Below, piece by piece: positions 53,441-64,000 of a DNA stretch of 64,000 bases (its first letter is position 1; each line of letters starts with the position of its first letter). The notes below the pieces were generated by a model. The model had not been told where the DNA came from, did not search any database, and was given only the letters and a program-made list of their open reading frames with translations. Position numbers and translations under genes: made by a program. Source of the DNA: the human T2T-CHM13v2.0 reference genome, Homo sapiens; NCBI GenBank assembly GCA_009914755.4, contig CP068257.2:23712001-23776000 (forward strand), in the 5' to 3' direction.

Positions 53441-54730
53441 TGGATTAAAGTCTTAAATCTAAGACCTCGAACTATGAAACTGATAAAAGAAAACATTGAG
53501 AATCTCTCCAGGACACTGGGCGGGGCAAAGATTTCATGAGCAATACCCCATAACACAGGCACCAAAGCAAACATGAACAAATGGGACTGCATCAAGTTAA
53601 AAAGCGTCTGTAAAGCAAAGGATACAATCAACAAAGTGAAGAGACAACCCAAAGAATGGGAGAAAATATTTGCAAGCTATTCCTCTGACAAGGGATTAAT
53701 CACTAGAATATATAAGGAACTCAAACAACTCTGCAGAAAAAAAAATCTAATAATCTGATTTTTAAAATAGGCAAAATATTTAAATAGATGGTTCTCAAAA
53801 GAAGACATACAAATGGTAAACACACACATGAAAAGGTGCTCAGCATCACTGATCACCAGAGAAATGCAAATAAAAACTACAAGGAGAGATTATCTCACCC
53901 CAATTCAAATGGCTTATATCCAAAAGACAGGCAATAACAAATGCTGGCTAAGATGCGGAGAAAAGGGAATCAATCCTTGTACACTGTTAGTGGAAATGTA
54001 AATTAGTACAACCACTATGGAGAACTGTTTGGAGGGTTCCCAAAAAACTAAAAATGGAGCTACTATATACTCCAGCAATCCCACTGCTGGGTATATACCT
54101 AAAAGAAAGAAAATCAGTATACCAAAGAGATATCTGCACTTCTATATTTCTTGCAGCACTGTTTACAATACCTAAAATTTGGAAGCAACCTGAGTGTCCA
54201 TCAACAGATGAATAGATAAAGAAAATGTGGTACATATACACAATGGAGTACTTTTCAACCATAAAAAAGAATGAGATCCAGTCATTTGCAACAATGTGGA
54301 TGGAACTGGAGATCATTATGTTAAGTGAAATAAGCCAGGTACAGAAAGACAAACATCCCATGGTGGGATCTAAAAATCAAATCAATTGAACTCATTGACA
54401 TAGAGAGTTGAAGGATGGTTTATGAGAGGGTGGAAATGGTGGTGAGGGGTTGGGGGGGCAGGTTGGGGTGGTTAGTGGGTACCAAAAATTTAGAAAGAAT
54501 GAATAAGACCTACTATTTGATAGGACAGTAGGGAGACTATAGTCAATGATAACTTAATTGTATGTTTTAAATAAACTTAAATAATGTAATTAGATTGTTT
54601 GTAACTCAAAGGATAAACGCTTGAGGGGATGGATACCCCAATTCTCCATGATGTGCTTATTTCACATTGAATGCCTGAATCAAAACATCTCGTGAACCTC
54701 ACAAATACATACGCCTACTATGTACCCACA
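53440..54730 (+). mobile_element. old LINE-1 3' portion (ORF2 C-terminal ~330 aa plus 3'UTR), L1PB/L1MA-like
   Basis: ORFs 53573..53758 ([53 protein letters not shown]) and 53813..54001 (...[47 protein letters not shown]...). 3'UTR '...gtaccaaaaatttagaaagaatgaataagacctactatttgataggacagtagggagactatagtcaatgataacttaattgtatgttttaaataaactt...cacaaatacatacgcctactatgtacccacag'. Confidence 0.82.
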
Positions 54731-55378
54731 GAGGGTTGAGGAGGATGTGAAACCCTTATACACTGTTGGTAGTATTGTAAGTTAGCACAGCTATTTTGGA
54801 AAACAATAAGGAGGTTCCTCAAAAAACTAAAAATAAAATTACCATATCATCTAGCAAACCCACCTTATATGTATATGCCTTTTTTAAAAAATAAAATTAT
54901 GTTATTTGTGACAACACGGATGGACCTAAAGGACATTATGTTACATGAAATAAGCCGGACACGGGGAAGCAAATACCATATGATCTCACTCATGTGGAAT
55001 CTCAGATAGTTGAACTCATAGAAGCAGGGAGTAGAATGGTGGTTTTACAGGCAGGGGATGAAGGGATGGTGTGGATGCGGAGAGTTAATAGGTACAATCT
55101 TTCAGTTATATAGGAGGAATCAGTTCTGGTGTTCTATGGCACAGTACAGTAACTATAGTGAATATTAATAACTTAATATTAATATTAAGGTATTTTAGAT
55201 TTCAAAAAGCTAGAAAAGAGGATTTTCATGACAAGGAAATGATAAATACTTGTGATCAATATGCCAATTATCCTGATTTGATCATTCCACTATGTATGCA
55301 TGGAACATCACATTGTATCCCTCCCATAAATATACACAATTATTGTCAATTTAAAATAATATAACACTTAAAAAGACA
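54731..55378 (+). mobile_element. second old LINE-1 3' fragment, inserted directly at the 3' terminus of the preceding L1
   Basis: Restarts in the ORF2 C-terminus: 'agggttgaggaggatgtgaaacccttatacactgttggtagtattgtaagttagcacagctattttggaaaacaataaggaggttcctcaaaaaactaaaaataaaattaccatatcatctagcaaacccacc...'. It ends with the old-L1 3' terminus '...gatcattccactatgtatgcatggaacatcacattgtatccctcccataaatatacacaattattgtcaatttaaaataatataacacttaaaaag'. Confidence 0.8.
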
Positions 55379-55845
55379 AAGAAATTTAAAATAAATACAA
55401 TAACATGGTAAGACCTGTATTTAAAGTTCTGGTCCAAATATATGGCAATGATTTTGATCATTACAGATGTTACTACAAACATTCAAACTGATACCTACTG
55501 AGAAGCACTCTAGGCTAAGTGGTTTGGAAATTCTGCATCCCCCAGAATGCTTCAATGCTTCTGATGAAAGCCCTGATATATGGGATTCCTGTTGTGAGAT
55601 CCTAGGTGAATAATCCTAACTGCAGGACTAATATTGGACATACTCAGAGACAGACTTCATAAGGCCACCCTCACTTTTCCACATCAGGTGGAAAGAGAAA
55701 AATGAAATTATTACCTTTCAAAATATTTGTCTGCTTGAATTATTTCACTCTTACCCTTAATAGTAACACCAACTATAATTTACTTGCTCCAGAGACAAAA
55801 TCAGGTCTTCACATATCCTTGAGGCAACTCTATGTGTTGCATGCA

Positions 55846-55882
55846 CACATACACACACACACATACACACACACATACATTC
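55846..55882. repeat. (CA)n-type microsatellite, interrupted ((ACACAT)/(CA)n)
   Basis: 'acacatacacacacacacatacacacacacatacat'. Confidence 0.75.
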
Positions 55883-58800
55883 TTTGCTCAGCCTGTTCAT
55901 TATTTTATTATCTAACCCTTTCATTATTTCATTGCTCTCCAACTTGGGGACACTTTCAAGACTGTCAAGAAGTTACTGACTTCTGAGTCTTTATTATCAA
56001 AGCAAATGAAATAAACCATGGTTTCCTGCCCCTGACACTTCACCATATGGTATTGATGCAGTGACTAGCCACAAAATGCCAGATGGCCCCAAGATATCAG
56101 TTATTCAAGAATAACATCATACCCACTCAGAATACATGTATAACTCCTCCCAAAGGGTAGTATTACTCTTAATTATAAATTCCTTTATCCAGTACTGAAG
56201 ATATATGTCCAAAGCCTAGGACATACTTGTCTAAATATTTGGACATTTAGAAAAGCAATATTAAATTCTCATCATATTGTGTTGTGTCACTGAAAATACT
56301 GGTGTTAGAACATATCCCACAGGTGTCTCGGGGGTTGGTAAATTATCTTAAGGCTCATGTGGAGAGGATATCTAGTAGAGAAACTCCCTGGAGAATAAAA
56401 GCACTTATAAATAGAAAATCTCCTTCCAAATGGAACTCATCCATGTTGTTCATCTTACATAGCTAGATCAGGAATGTATTTCTATGAAGGCACTGACTGA
56501 AAGTGGAAATCTACCAACCCGTTAATTGATTTTTATATTGAATAAAATTTTTTACCATAACTATTTTTATTACAATAATTAGGAGCAGTACAGTTCATGA
56601 CAAAAATATTACAGATCTCAGATCGCTTCACAGCATGAAGTTATTTTAAATGCTTATACTCTTATAAACACTTAAAAGTTAATTTTAATTTAAGAATGGT
56701 CATTTTTAATGTTTGATATGACCAACATTCCTAATTTAGCACAACGAAATGATGGAAAACAACTGGGTCACACTGCGTGTGTCCCACCAAAGAAAAAAAA
56801 AAACAAAGCACAATGTACAAAATGTGCATGTTTCTATTGACAGTATATGAAAATAGTTAAAATACATGTTACAGGTAAACATGTAATATTAAGAAATAGT
56901 ACTAGTAAAAAGTTGGCATGCAAAAGAAAATGCAAAAAAAATTCAACATGGCAACACAAGACAGTAGAATCGAAAACTTTTGGATAAAATATTTATATTG
57001 AATAAAATATTAACATAGTATATGCTACACAACTTTGCACAAACCTTCCAAAAGTGATTTTATGTCACTGAGAAGTGACCGAGAACCTTGGACAAGAATC
57101 AATATTGATTTTCCAGGAATATTCCAGGAGAAAAAAGTCTGGGTTGAAGTAATTTCCTTTGTAAGATGAACGGCAAGACCCATACGACCATATTAAAATG
57201 TTGCCACTACAATCTCAGAATTGTGATTGCCAGACACTAACATTTCTGCCAAATAATCTAAATTTTGGTTAGTTAAGCTACAGGAATTTGTACAGAAATT
57301 TTTTTTCCAAGACATGAAAATGAAGAATGCAAATGAATAAAAATGTACTGAGGTGCATTGCTGGAGGAAAATAGCCAAAGTGAAATGACCGATATAGGGT
57401 CTTTATCAATTTACAATTGTATAGCAAGTTGTAAAGTAATGCAATGTATTGTCATTGTCACCAGTTGTTGAATTATAAATTATTTTTCCCTAAAGTTCCC
57501 ACTTTCCCTTTCCTATCTATTCAGCCAATTCAGGCAAATAGTCCATTCTGAGTTATTTCCTGAGGATGCAGGTGTGACAGGGTAGAGTGCAAAAAGGAAA
57601 CTTCCTCTAAGTCTCTGATTTATATGTTTCCAAAATCTTAAAGCTAAAAGGGGTTTATTTTTAGGGGCAAAAATGAATTTGGGAGGAACCTATCAAGATG
57701 TGAACAGGAAGGGATTTCCCCAGAAGGCTAAAAGCATAGGGAATAGCAGAAGAAAAACAAATTAAGGTGGTTTAGAGACAGAACATTGACTCCACTCTCC
57801 AAATTAGAATTTCAGTGAAGGAGCAAGATACCAATTTAGTATTAAAGCCAGAGAATAAATTTGGATATTTGCCCCTCTTCTTAGATAATAAACCCCGAGA
57901 AGTGATAAAGCCCCACATTCCATATGAAGGCAAATAGGGTCATAGATAAGTCCCAGGATAAATCCTTTGCCAGAGAATAGCATGGAAGAAATGGAATGAT
58001 GCCCCAGTTTTCAAGCATAGCATGAAAGTACCAGAGTGATCCATTAGACCTGAAGTCCAAGGTAGACAAGAATGAGAATTGTCTTGACAGTTTACTGCAT
58101 GGATTGGTGAGCAAGGACCAAGTGGCACCATGGAATGGTCAGCAGATATCTGTGTGGACAGATGGCTCAAGGACAAGATGAGTCATGCAATACCTCACAC
58201 TTACATAAGTCTCCCTTGAACTTAAACACAGCCCAGGGAAAAGAGAAAGAGTTTTAGTGTCTGATATCCTAGGGAAATGGAGGATTCAAAGAAAAATTCC
58301 ATTAATACATAGAAAAATAATGTTTCTTACACACCTGGTTTAGTTTGGACTGAGATTTGTACCTGTTATGATAGAAAATATAATTACCATTTATAATCTG
58401 AATTACAGGATATGAGTTAGCTTCCACATATCTGATGCCCAGATTTTCCTAATATGAACACAGTTAAACTTTCCTACATGATATGTGGACCCAACATATC
58501 TTCCCTCACATATGTTCTGTAGCTTCATATATTTTGTTCACCGTGTGCATTTCACTTCTCTTTTATTCCTGATTCTCAGAACAACTGTTCTGTGCAAAGC
58601 ATGACAGCATAAAACCTCTCTGTCCTTCAAGGCCTGTGTTCTATTAAGTCTTTTATATGAACTATCATTTATTGTACATCAACCATACCAGGAACTTTAC
58701 AAGGACTACCTCTTCTTCACAAACATAAAAACATTCAAATTCAGCATCATAATCCCCTTTTTACAGGCAGAAAGCATGGGCTTGGAAAGGCTAAGTAACT

Positions 58801-59157
58801 CCCTTACTTTGGTAAGGCAGGCAAGCTTCAAAATCTTTTCTATTTCTAAACCTCCAGCCCAAGTTGATTTTTAGATGGTAACCTTTTGAATGTATTGTCC
58901 ATTCTACCCAAATGTCTCCATAATACATACTACTTAATTTTCTTTTTTTACTTTTTTAAAATCATACAACTAGGCTCTTGTCCTAGTCATTATTTGTATA
59001 TTAAATTTACCTTTTAAGCCAAATTGGAAATCATCAAAATTCACAGATGAGGCATCATTTAGGAAAAACTTTTTCTCTATTTTTAACTTTTTGCAAAATA
59101 CTATTGCTCTTCCAGAAATATTTAAGCTTGCCATGGTCTCAAGTGGTAGTTGAAAAA

Positions 59158-59368
59158 TGAAAACACATGGACACAGGGAGGGGAACATCACACATGGGGG
59201 CCTGTCAGGGGGTGAGGGGCTAGGGGAGAGATAGCATTAGAAGAAATACCTAATGTAGGTGACGGGTTGATGGGTGCTGCAAACCACCATGGCACGTATA
59301 TACCTATGTAACAAAACTGCACGTTCCGCACATGTACCCCAGAACTTTAAGTATAATAATAAAAAAGA
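59158..59368 (+). mobile_element. LINE-1 extreme 3'-end fragment (~210 bp)
   Basis: 'gaaaacacatggacacagggaggggaacatcacacatgggggcctgtcagggggtgaggggctaggggagagatagcattagaagaaatacctaatgtaggtgacgggttgatgggtgctgcaaaccaccatggcacgtatatacctatgtaacaaaactgcacgttccgcacatgtaccccagaactttaagtataataataaaaaag'. Near-duplicate in type of the fragment at 6100-6360. Confidence 0.8.
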
Positions 59369-60407
59369 CATTTTTTTTCCTCTTTTCTTCTAGATGCTTA
59401 CACTATCTCTCTTCTTGCCCCGACAACTAAGATTTTTAAGAGTGGCTGCATTCCCTGTAGTCTCTAGCTCACCTCCTATTCACTCCCCACCCCGCTGCAA
59501 TCTGGTTTTCTCTCACTAAGCCACTAAGGGCTCTTTGTGATGTTACCAGTGAGCTACTTGCTGCTAAACCCAATGGACACTGATTGGTCTTTATCTAATT
59601 GATTATTGTGACACAAAAATATAACTAAGGAGGAAGAAGAGAGATTATCTGCCTTGAGCACTTTTTCCATAAGTGAAACATTTAAAGCTTTATTATTGAA
59701 GTAATATGTTCACATAACCAAGATAGTTGTCAACACCATGGTGCAAGGAAATAAAAGGAAAGAGTGTAAAAGCTAAATAGCAAGACCCAGAAAGAAGAGA
59801 GTGGAGGTATTACTCCTTTTTGAACAGCGAGTTCCCCATTACCTAATAATGGCCACGCAGGACATGCTGCATTGATAGAGGAACTTGGAATCCTCTTCTT
59901 AAACACTGTGTCCCTTGGCTCTCAGGCACCTCTCAGCCCCACATCTTCCCCATGTACCACTTCCATTGCCTGGACCTCTGTTATCCCAGAAAATTTCTAT
60001 TAGAAATCCTTCTAATTTCTACTCATGTTTCAAGTCTTCACTTCATATCTCCTCATCATAGAGGGCTTCCATGATTCTCCAGGATTAAATTCCCCTTGCT
60101 TTAGACAACTTTACAACCTCTTTTGCAATGCTCATCACAGTTGTTACCACTAATGAATTATTCAATAATATTGAATATCTGTCTTGGCTGACTGTGATCT
60201 TCAGGAAGACAAATGGAGATCATCTTTCATGTTCACTGATATAGCCCTAGGGCCTAATAGAGTGCCTGGCAAATTATAAATGCTTGATGATTGTTCCCTG
60301 CATTGTTGAATTGAATTGTGCTGAATTGAAATTTTCTTAAACCAATATTTCTATCACATTTTAGAAGGTGCATTTGCAATATAGGGAGTGTCTTGATCAG
60401 TTTGGGC

Positions 60408-60676
60408 TACTGTAACAAAATACCATAGACTAGTACTTAAACAACAAACATTCTTGAGGCTGGAAGTCTGAGATCAGGGTCCAATCATTGTGGGATTCTA
60501 ACAAAGATCCCCTTCTGGGTTGCAGACTTCCAACTCCTCAATGTATCCTCCCATGGTGGAAAGAGAGCAAGAGCTCTCTGTCCTCTTCTTATAAGGGCAC
60601 TAATCCCATTTGTGAGGGCTCCATCCTCATGACCTAATTACCTCCTGAAGACTCCACCTTCAAATACCATCTGTGT
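60408..60676 (-). mobile_element. ERVL-MaLR LTR of MST/MLT type (antisense), nearly full length
   Basis: Reverse complement reads '..cacagatggtatttgaaggtggagtcttcaggaggtaattaggtcatgaggatggagccctcacaaatgggattagtgcccttataagaagaggacagagagctcttgctctctttccaccatgggaggatacattgaggagttggaagtctgcaacccagaaggggatctttgttagaatcccacaatgattggaccctgatctcagacttccagcctcaagaatgtttgttgtttaagtactagtctatggtattttgttacagtagcccaaactg', the classic MaLR LTR motif set. Confidence 0.6.
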
Positions 60677-61092
60677 TAGGCCATTCTTGCTTTGCTATAA
60701 AGAAATGTCTGAGACTGGATACTTTATAAGGAACAGAGGCTTAATTGGCTTGGAGTTCTACACGCTGTACAGGAAGCATGGCCCTGGCATCTGCTGGGCT
60801 TCTGGGGAAGCCTCAGGGAGCTTTTACTCATGGCAGGAGGCAAAGCGGGAGCAGCCTTCTCACATGGCCAGAGCGGGAGCAAGAGTAACAGTGGGGAGTC
60901 GGGGAAGGTGCTGCACACTTGTAAACCACCAGATCTCACGTGAACTCAGTGCGAGGGCTCACTTATCATGAAGGGGATGGCCCAAGACATTCCTGAGGGA
61001 TCCACCTCAATGATCCAAACACCTCTACCAGGCCCCACCTGGCCCCATGTAATTGGGAATTATATTTCAGTATGAGATTTGGGTGGGGACAA
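60672..61092 (-). mobile_element. ERVL-MaLR LTR of THE1/MSTA type (antisense, ~420 bp), directly abutting the preceding LTR
   Basis: Reverse complement of '...ggccattcttgctttgctataaagaaatgtctgagactggatactttataaggaa...ccatgtaattgggaattatatttcagtatgagatttgggtggggacaaatattcaaactatatca' gives 'tgatatagtttgaatatttgtccccacccaaatctcatactgaaatataattcccaattacatgggg...ttccttataaagtatccagtctcagacatttctttatagcaaagcaagaatggcctaacacag', matching the THE1/MSTA LTR ('tgatatggtttggctgtgtccccacccaaatctcatcttgaattgtagctcccataattcccacgtg...ttataaattacccagtctcaggtatgtctttatagcagcgtgagaatggactaatacag'). Confidence 0.75.
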
Positions 61093-61309
61093 ATATTCAA
61101 ACTATATCACCATCACATTGTGGGTTAGATTTTGAAATACAAATGTTAGACACAAACATTCTATCCATAACAGGGAACATTGAAGGAAGGAGATTATTAT
61201 GATGGTAAATGTCTACAAGTTCTGTCAATAATGAATAGTCTACTGAAGAGATCTTACAGAAGAAAAAAGCATTTAAAGTCTATCATATGTGTTTATTAAA
61301 GGGCAAAAT

Positions 61310-61565
61310 ATTTCTGTTAGATAGGAGGAATAAGCTTTAGTGATCTATTGCACAGAATGGTGATTATAAAAAACAATTAAAGAGTAGATTTTAAATGTTC
61401 CCACCACAAAAAAATAATGAGTATGTGAGGGGATGAATTTGTTAATTAGTTTGATTTAATCATTCCACAATGTAAACAAATATCAAAACATCACATCAAG
61501 ACCCCATAAATATATAATATATACCAATTATTTATAATATTTGTTAATTAAAAATAAAGTTAAAA
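61310..61565 (+). mobile_element. old LINE-1 (L1M-type) 3'-end fragment
   Basis: 'tagataggaggaataagctttagtgatctattgcacagaatggtgattataaaaaacaattaaagagtagattttaaatgttcccaccacaaaaaaataatgagtatgtgaggggatgaatttgttaattagtttgatttaatcattccacaatgtaaacaaatatcaaaacatcacatcaagaccccataaatatataatatataccaattatttataatatttgttaattaaaaataaagttaaaaaac'. Same terminus type as 40384-40645. Confidence 0.6.
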
Positions 61566-64000
61566 AACATTTTAAAGACTGCATAGAGACAATTGAAGAA
61601 CTTTTTCTAAAGCCTATATATTAGATAATGGTATTATATCAATTTTAAATGTCTTGAGTGTGATCACTGCATTGTGGGTTTGAGGAGAATCTTCTTGTTC
61701 TTCTGAGATACTCATTTAAGTATGTAGGAGTGAAGTGTCATGAATAAGGAGTGAAGTGTCATGCAAAGCTAAAGCAACTAATTCTCAAATAATTGAATTT
61801 AAAACATGCGCATGTAAAATAGTAAATAAAGCCCATCGTACAGAAGAGATACTGGAAGAGATTTGCTGCATAAGACAAAACTAGAACACAGAGGAAAAGT
61901 TCAGCTCCATATAAGGAATGACTTTAACAATCAGAAGCTAACAAAAAAGTGGCATCCATTTTAATAAATAAGAGCAGTCCCCCCACCCCGCCCCACTCTG
62001 CTCTAGTGGAGACAAGCATGATCTTGAGAAGGTATTTTCTCATTGAACAGGCAGTTGTAGAGTATGAATCCTATGGTCTTTCCACCAGGTTAGATTTCCT
62101 TTATAAGTGAAGGAATAGTAGAAACTCATATTCACCCTTCTTTCCTTTAAGCTATCCCAAGCATAAAAAGTTGCATAGAGAAAAGTTGAACATGAACTCC
62201 ATAGAAAAGAACTGTGTTTAACACACACTGTTGTCATGTTTTTTTGTTCTAATAGAGAATAAACTTGTCTTATGTTCATTGTGTTTTCAGTTAAGGTTTG
62301 TTTGGTTGATTGATTGGTTTATTTGTTTTTTATTATCTATAGATGTATAATCCATGCAAACAACTTAGCATACTTTGCTCTTCCTTCTGAATTCTCTAAC
62401 CCAAATTTGTACTTCAACTAGGAACAGTTGCTCAACAAACATGAACATGTGCTTGCTTATTGTTTGGTGGATAACCTTATTATTCAAAAATTCAATAAAT
62501 ATTTCTATGGATGTCCAAAGTTTCCAGTCAGTTCATATCCATTGAGACATGGCTGGTAGCAAAAACTAGCTTGTCAAACACTTTAGAGAGGGAAAATTAA
62601 TTTTTAAACAAAATCATGAAGCCATAATATTAGTTTAACTGATATTAGGATTCTGGGGTTAAACACACTTTCTGCATTAGTAATCACTCTATTTCACTTT
62701 CTTTCTGTCTGGCCTTTCTTAATTCTCATTACCAGGGGAAAAAACAGTAATTTTGTGAATACTGCGGCATTTGGAATTAAAAATAATTACACAAACAGTT
62801 TTCCAACAGCACAGAGACAGTATCTGAACTGAGACCTTTTTTCTGCATGCATTACTTCCAACATTACTTTGTCTTTCTCTACCATTCAGCAATATAACAC
62901 ATACACACTTTTTTTATGAAGAGAATCAAAACGTTTTCTTTTAAGAAAAGTTATTTTTCTGTTTTTAGAAAAGTTTAAAAAGCCCACTTGAAGGGGGAAA
63001 TTACTAAATTAAATTTGATATGAACAAACATGCCAAATAATAGCATAATTATAATTATTTTCTCCCTTTTGGTACTCATTCTTTAGACTACAGAGTATTT
63101 TTATTCAATTTTTCAATGTAGTACAGAGATAGACCAGACGTTGGGAAATACATAGGGAAAGTAAGTGAAAAGACACATATCTAACAATAAAGGGTAGAGA
63201 GATGGAAGTATGGGTTGGGATATGGTAGAAATCAGGGCAGGAGAAGGCACCATCCCTTCTACAGCCAGAGACTTTGTGGTTCATGGGTAGCCTAGATCAA
63301 GTAACCAGACAGTGAGAGTCTGGTCAGAGCCCAGTGATCCTCTACAGCTCTGAAGATTGGTTAGATGAGTGGCACACTTCAAAGGCTCTAATCCCACTCT
63401 ATCTTAGAGTTCTCTAACTTAAATACATCAGACATTCTCACTACTGGAAAAATGAAGTAGATGTATTTTTCCCCATTCCTCCTGCTCTTCTCCCAACTAC
63501 GAGTTAAAGAAAAGAAAAAAAGACACTAGGACATTATATAAAAAACAGACATAAGAAGACTTTGAAATGTGGAAAGAAGAATGCAGGCTGCCTAGGGACC
63601 TCGGGACCCAAGGAAAGACATAGTAGTGAGTTTTCTAGGCTTCTGTTTCTTTGGGTTTTCTATGCCTCATCTATCCCAAGTCAACAATCCAGAAATACCA
63701 ATATGTATGGGCAAAAAAAAAAAAAAAAGCCCAAAGAAAGCTTGCTCTTATTATCCAAAAAAGAGCATCCCGGAAAGATAGAAAATTTTTAGAAAATAAG
63801 CATTCTACTCTAGCCAGGCACTATAGAAAATAACTGTATGCTCCCAAACAAAGGCCAAGTTGGGCACCTTTGCTAACTCTAATGAGGCACCCCAAGCCTC
63901 CCACCAGAGTGATATCAAAGAAAGCCCAGATGGAAGCAGAGGTTTTTATGATGCCAGGCAATGAGAAGACCTCACCTTCATCCCTGAGGTGTTGGCAGGG

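Overview
This window is primate (human-type) nuclear genomic DNA, not a prokaryotic or accessory-element locus. It is AT-rich, CpG-depleted, and roughly 35-40% of it is recognisable interspersed repeat. The main content is: (1) ten Alu SINEs, several AluY/S-like with intact 13-19 bp target-site duplications; (2) many LINE-1 fragments of different ages on both strands, including two nested clusters at 21.3-27.1 kb and 44.9-55.4 kb; (3) ERVL-MaLR (THE1/MST-type) LTR retroelements: a solo LTR at 35538-35903, an LTR-internal-LTR copy at 47015-49384 inserted into L1 ORF2, and two abutting LTRs at 60408-61092; (4) a young-looking processed pseudogene of ribosomal protein L13a (RPL13A) at 7656-8792, with 16-bp flanking duplications and a single frameshift; (5) simple and low-complexity tracts. 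I find no convincing protein-coding exon, rRNA/tRNA gene, CRISPR array or operon-like organisation. Essentially every entry in the supplied ORF track is either a translation of L1 ORF1/ORF2, Alu, low-complexity sequence or the RPL13A retrocopy, or statistical noise. Nothing in the sequence supports a new biological system. The points worth a second look are structural: the nested retroelements, a MaLR copy whose two LTRs are different types, the retrocopy, a pair of NF-kB decamers, and an H-DNA-prone polypyrimidine tract. These are listed with modest interest scores. Subfamily names for repeats come from my memory of consensus sequences and need RepeatMasker/Dfam confirmation.
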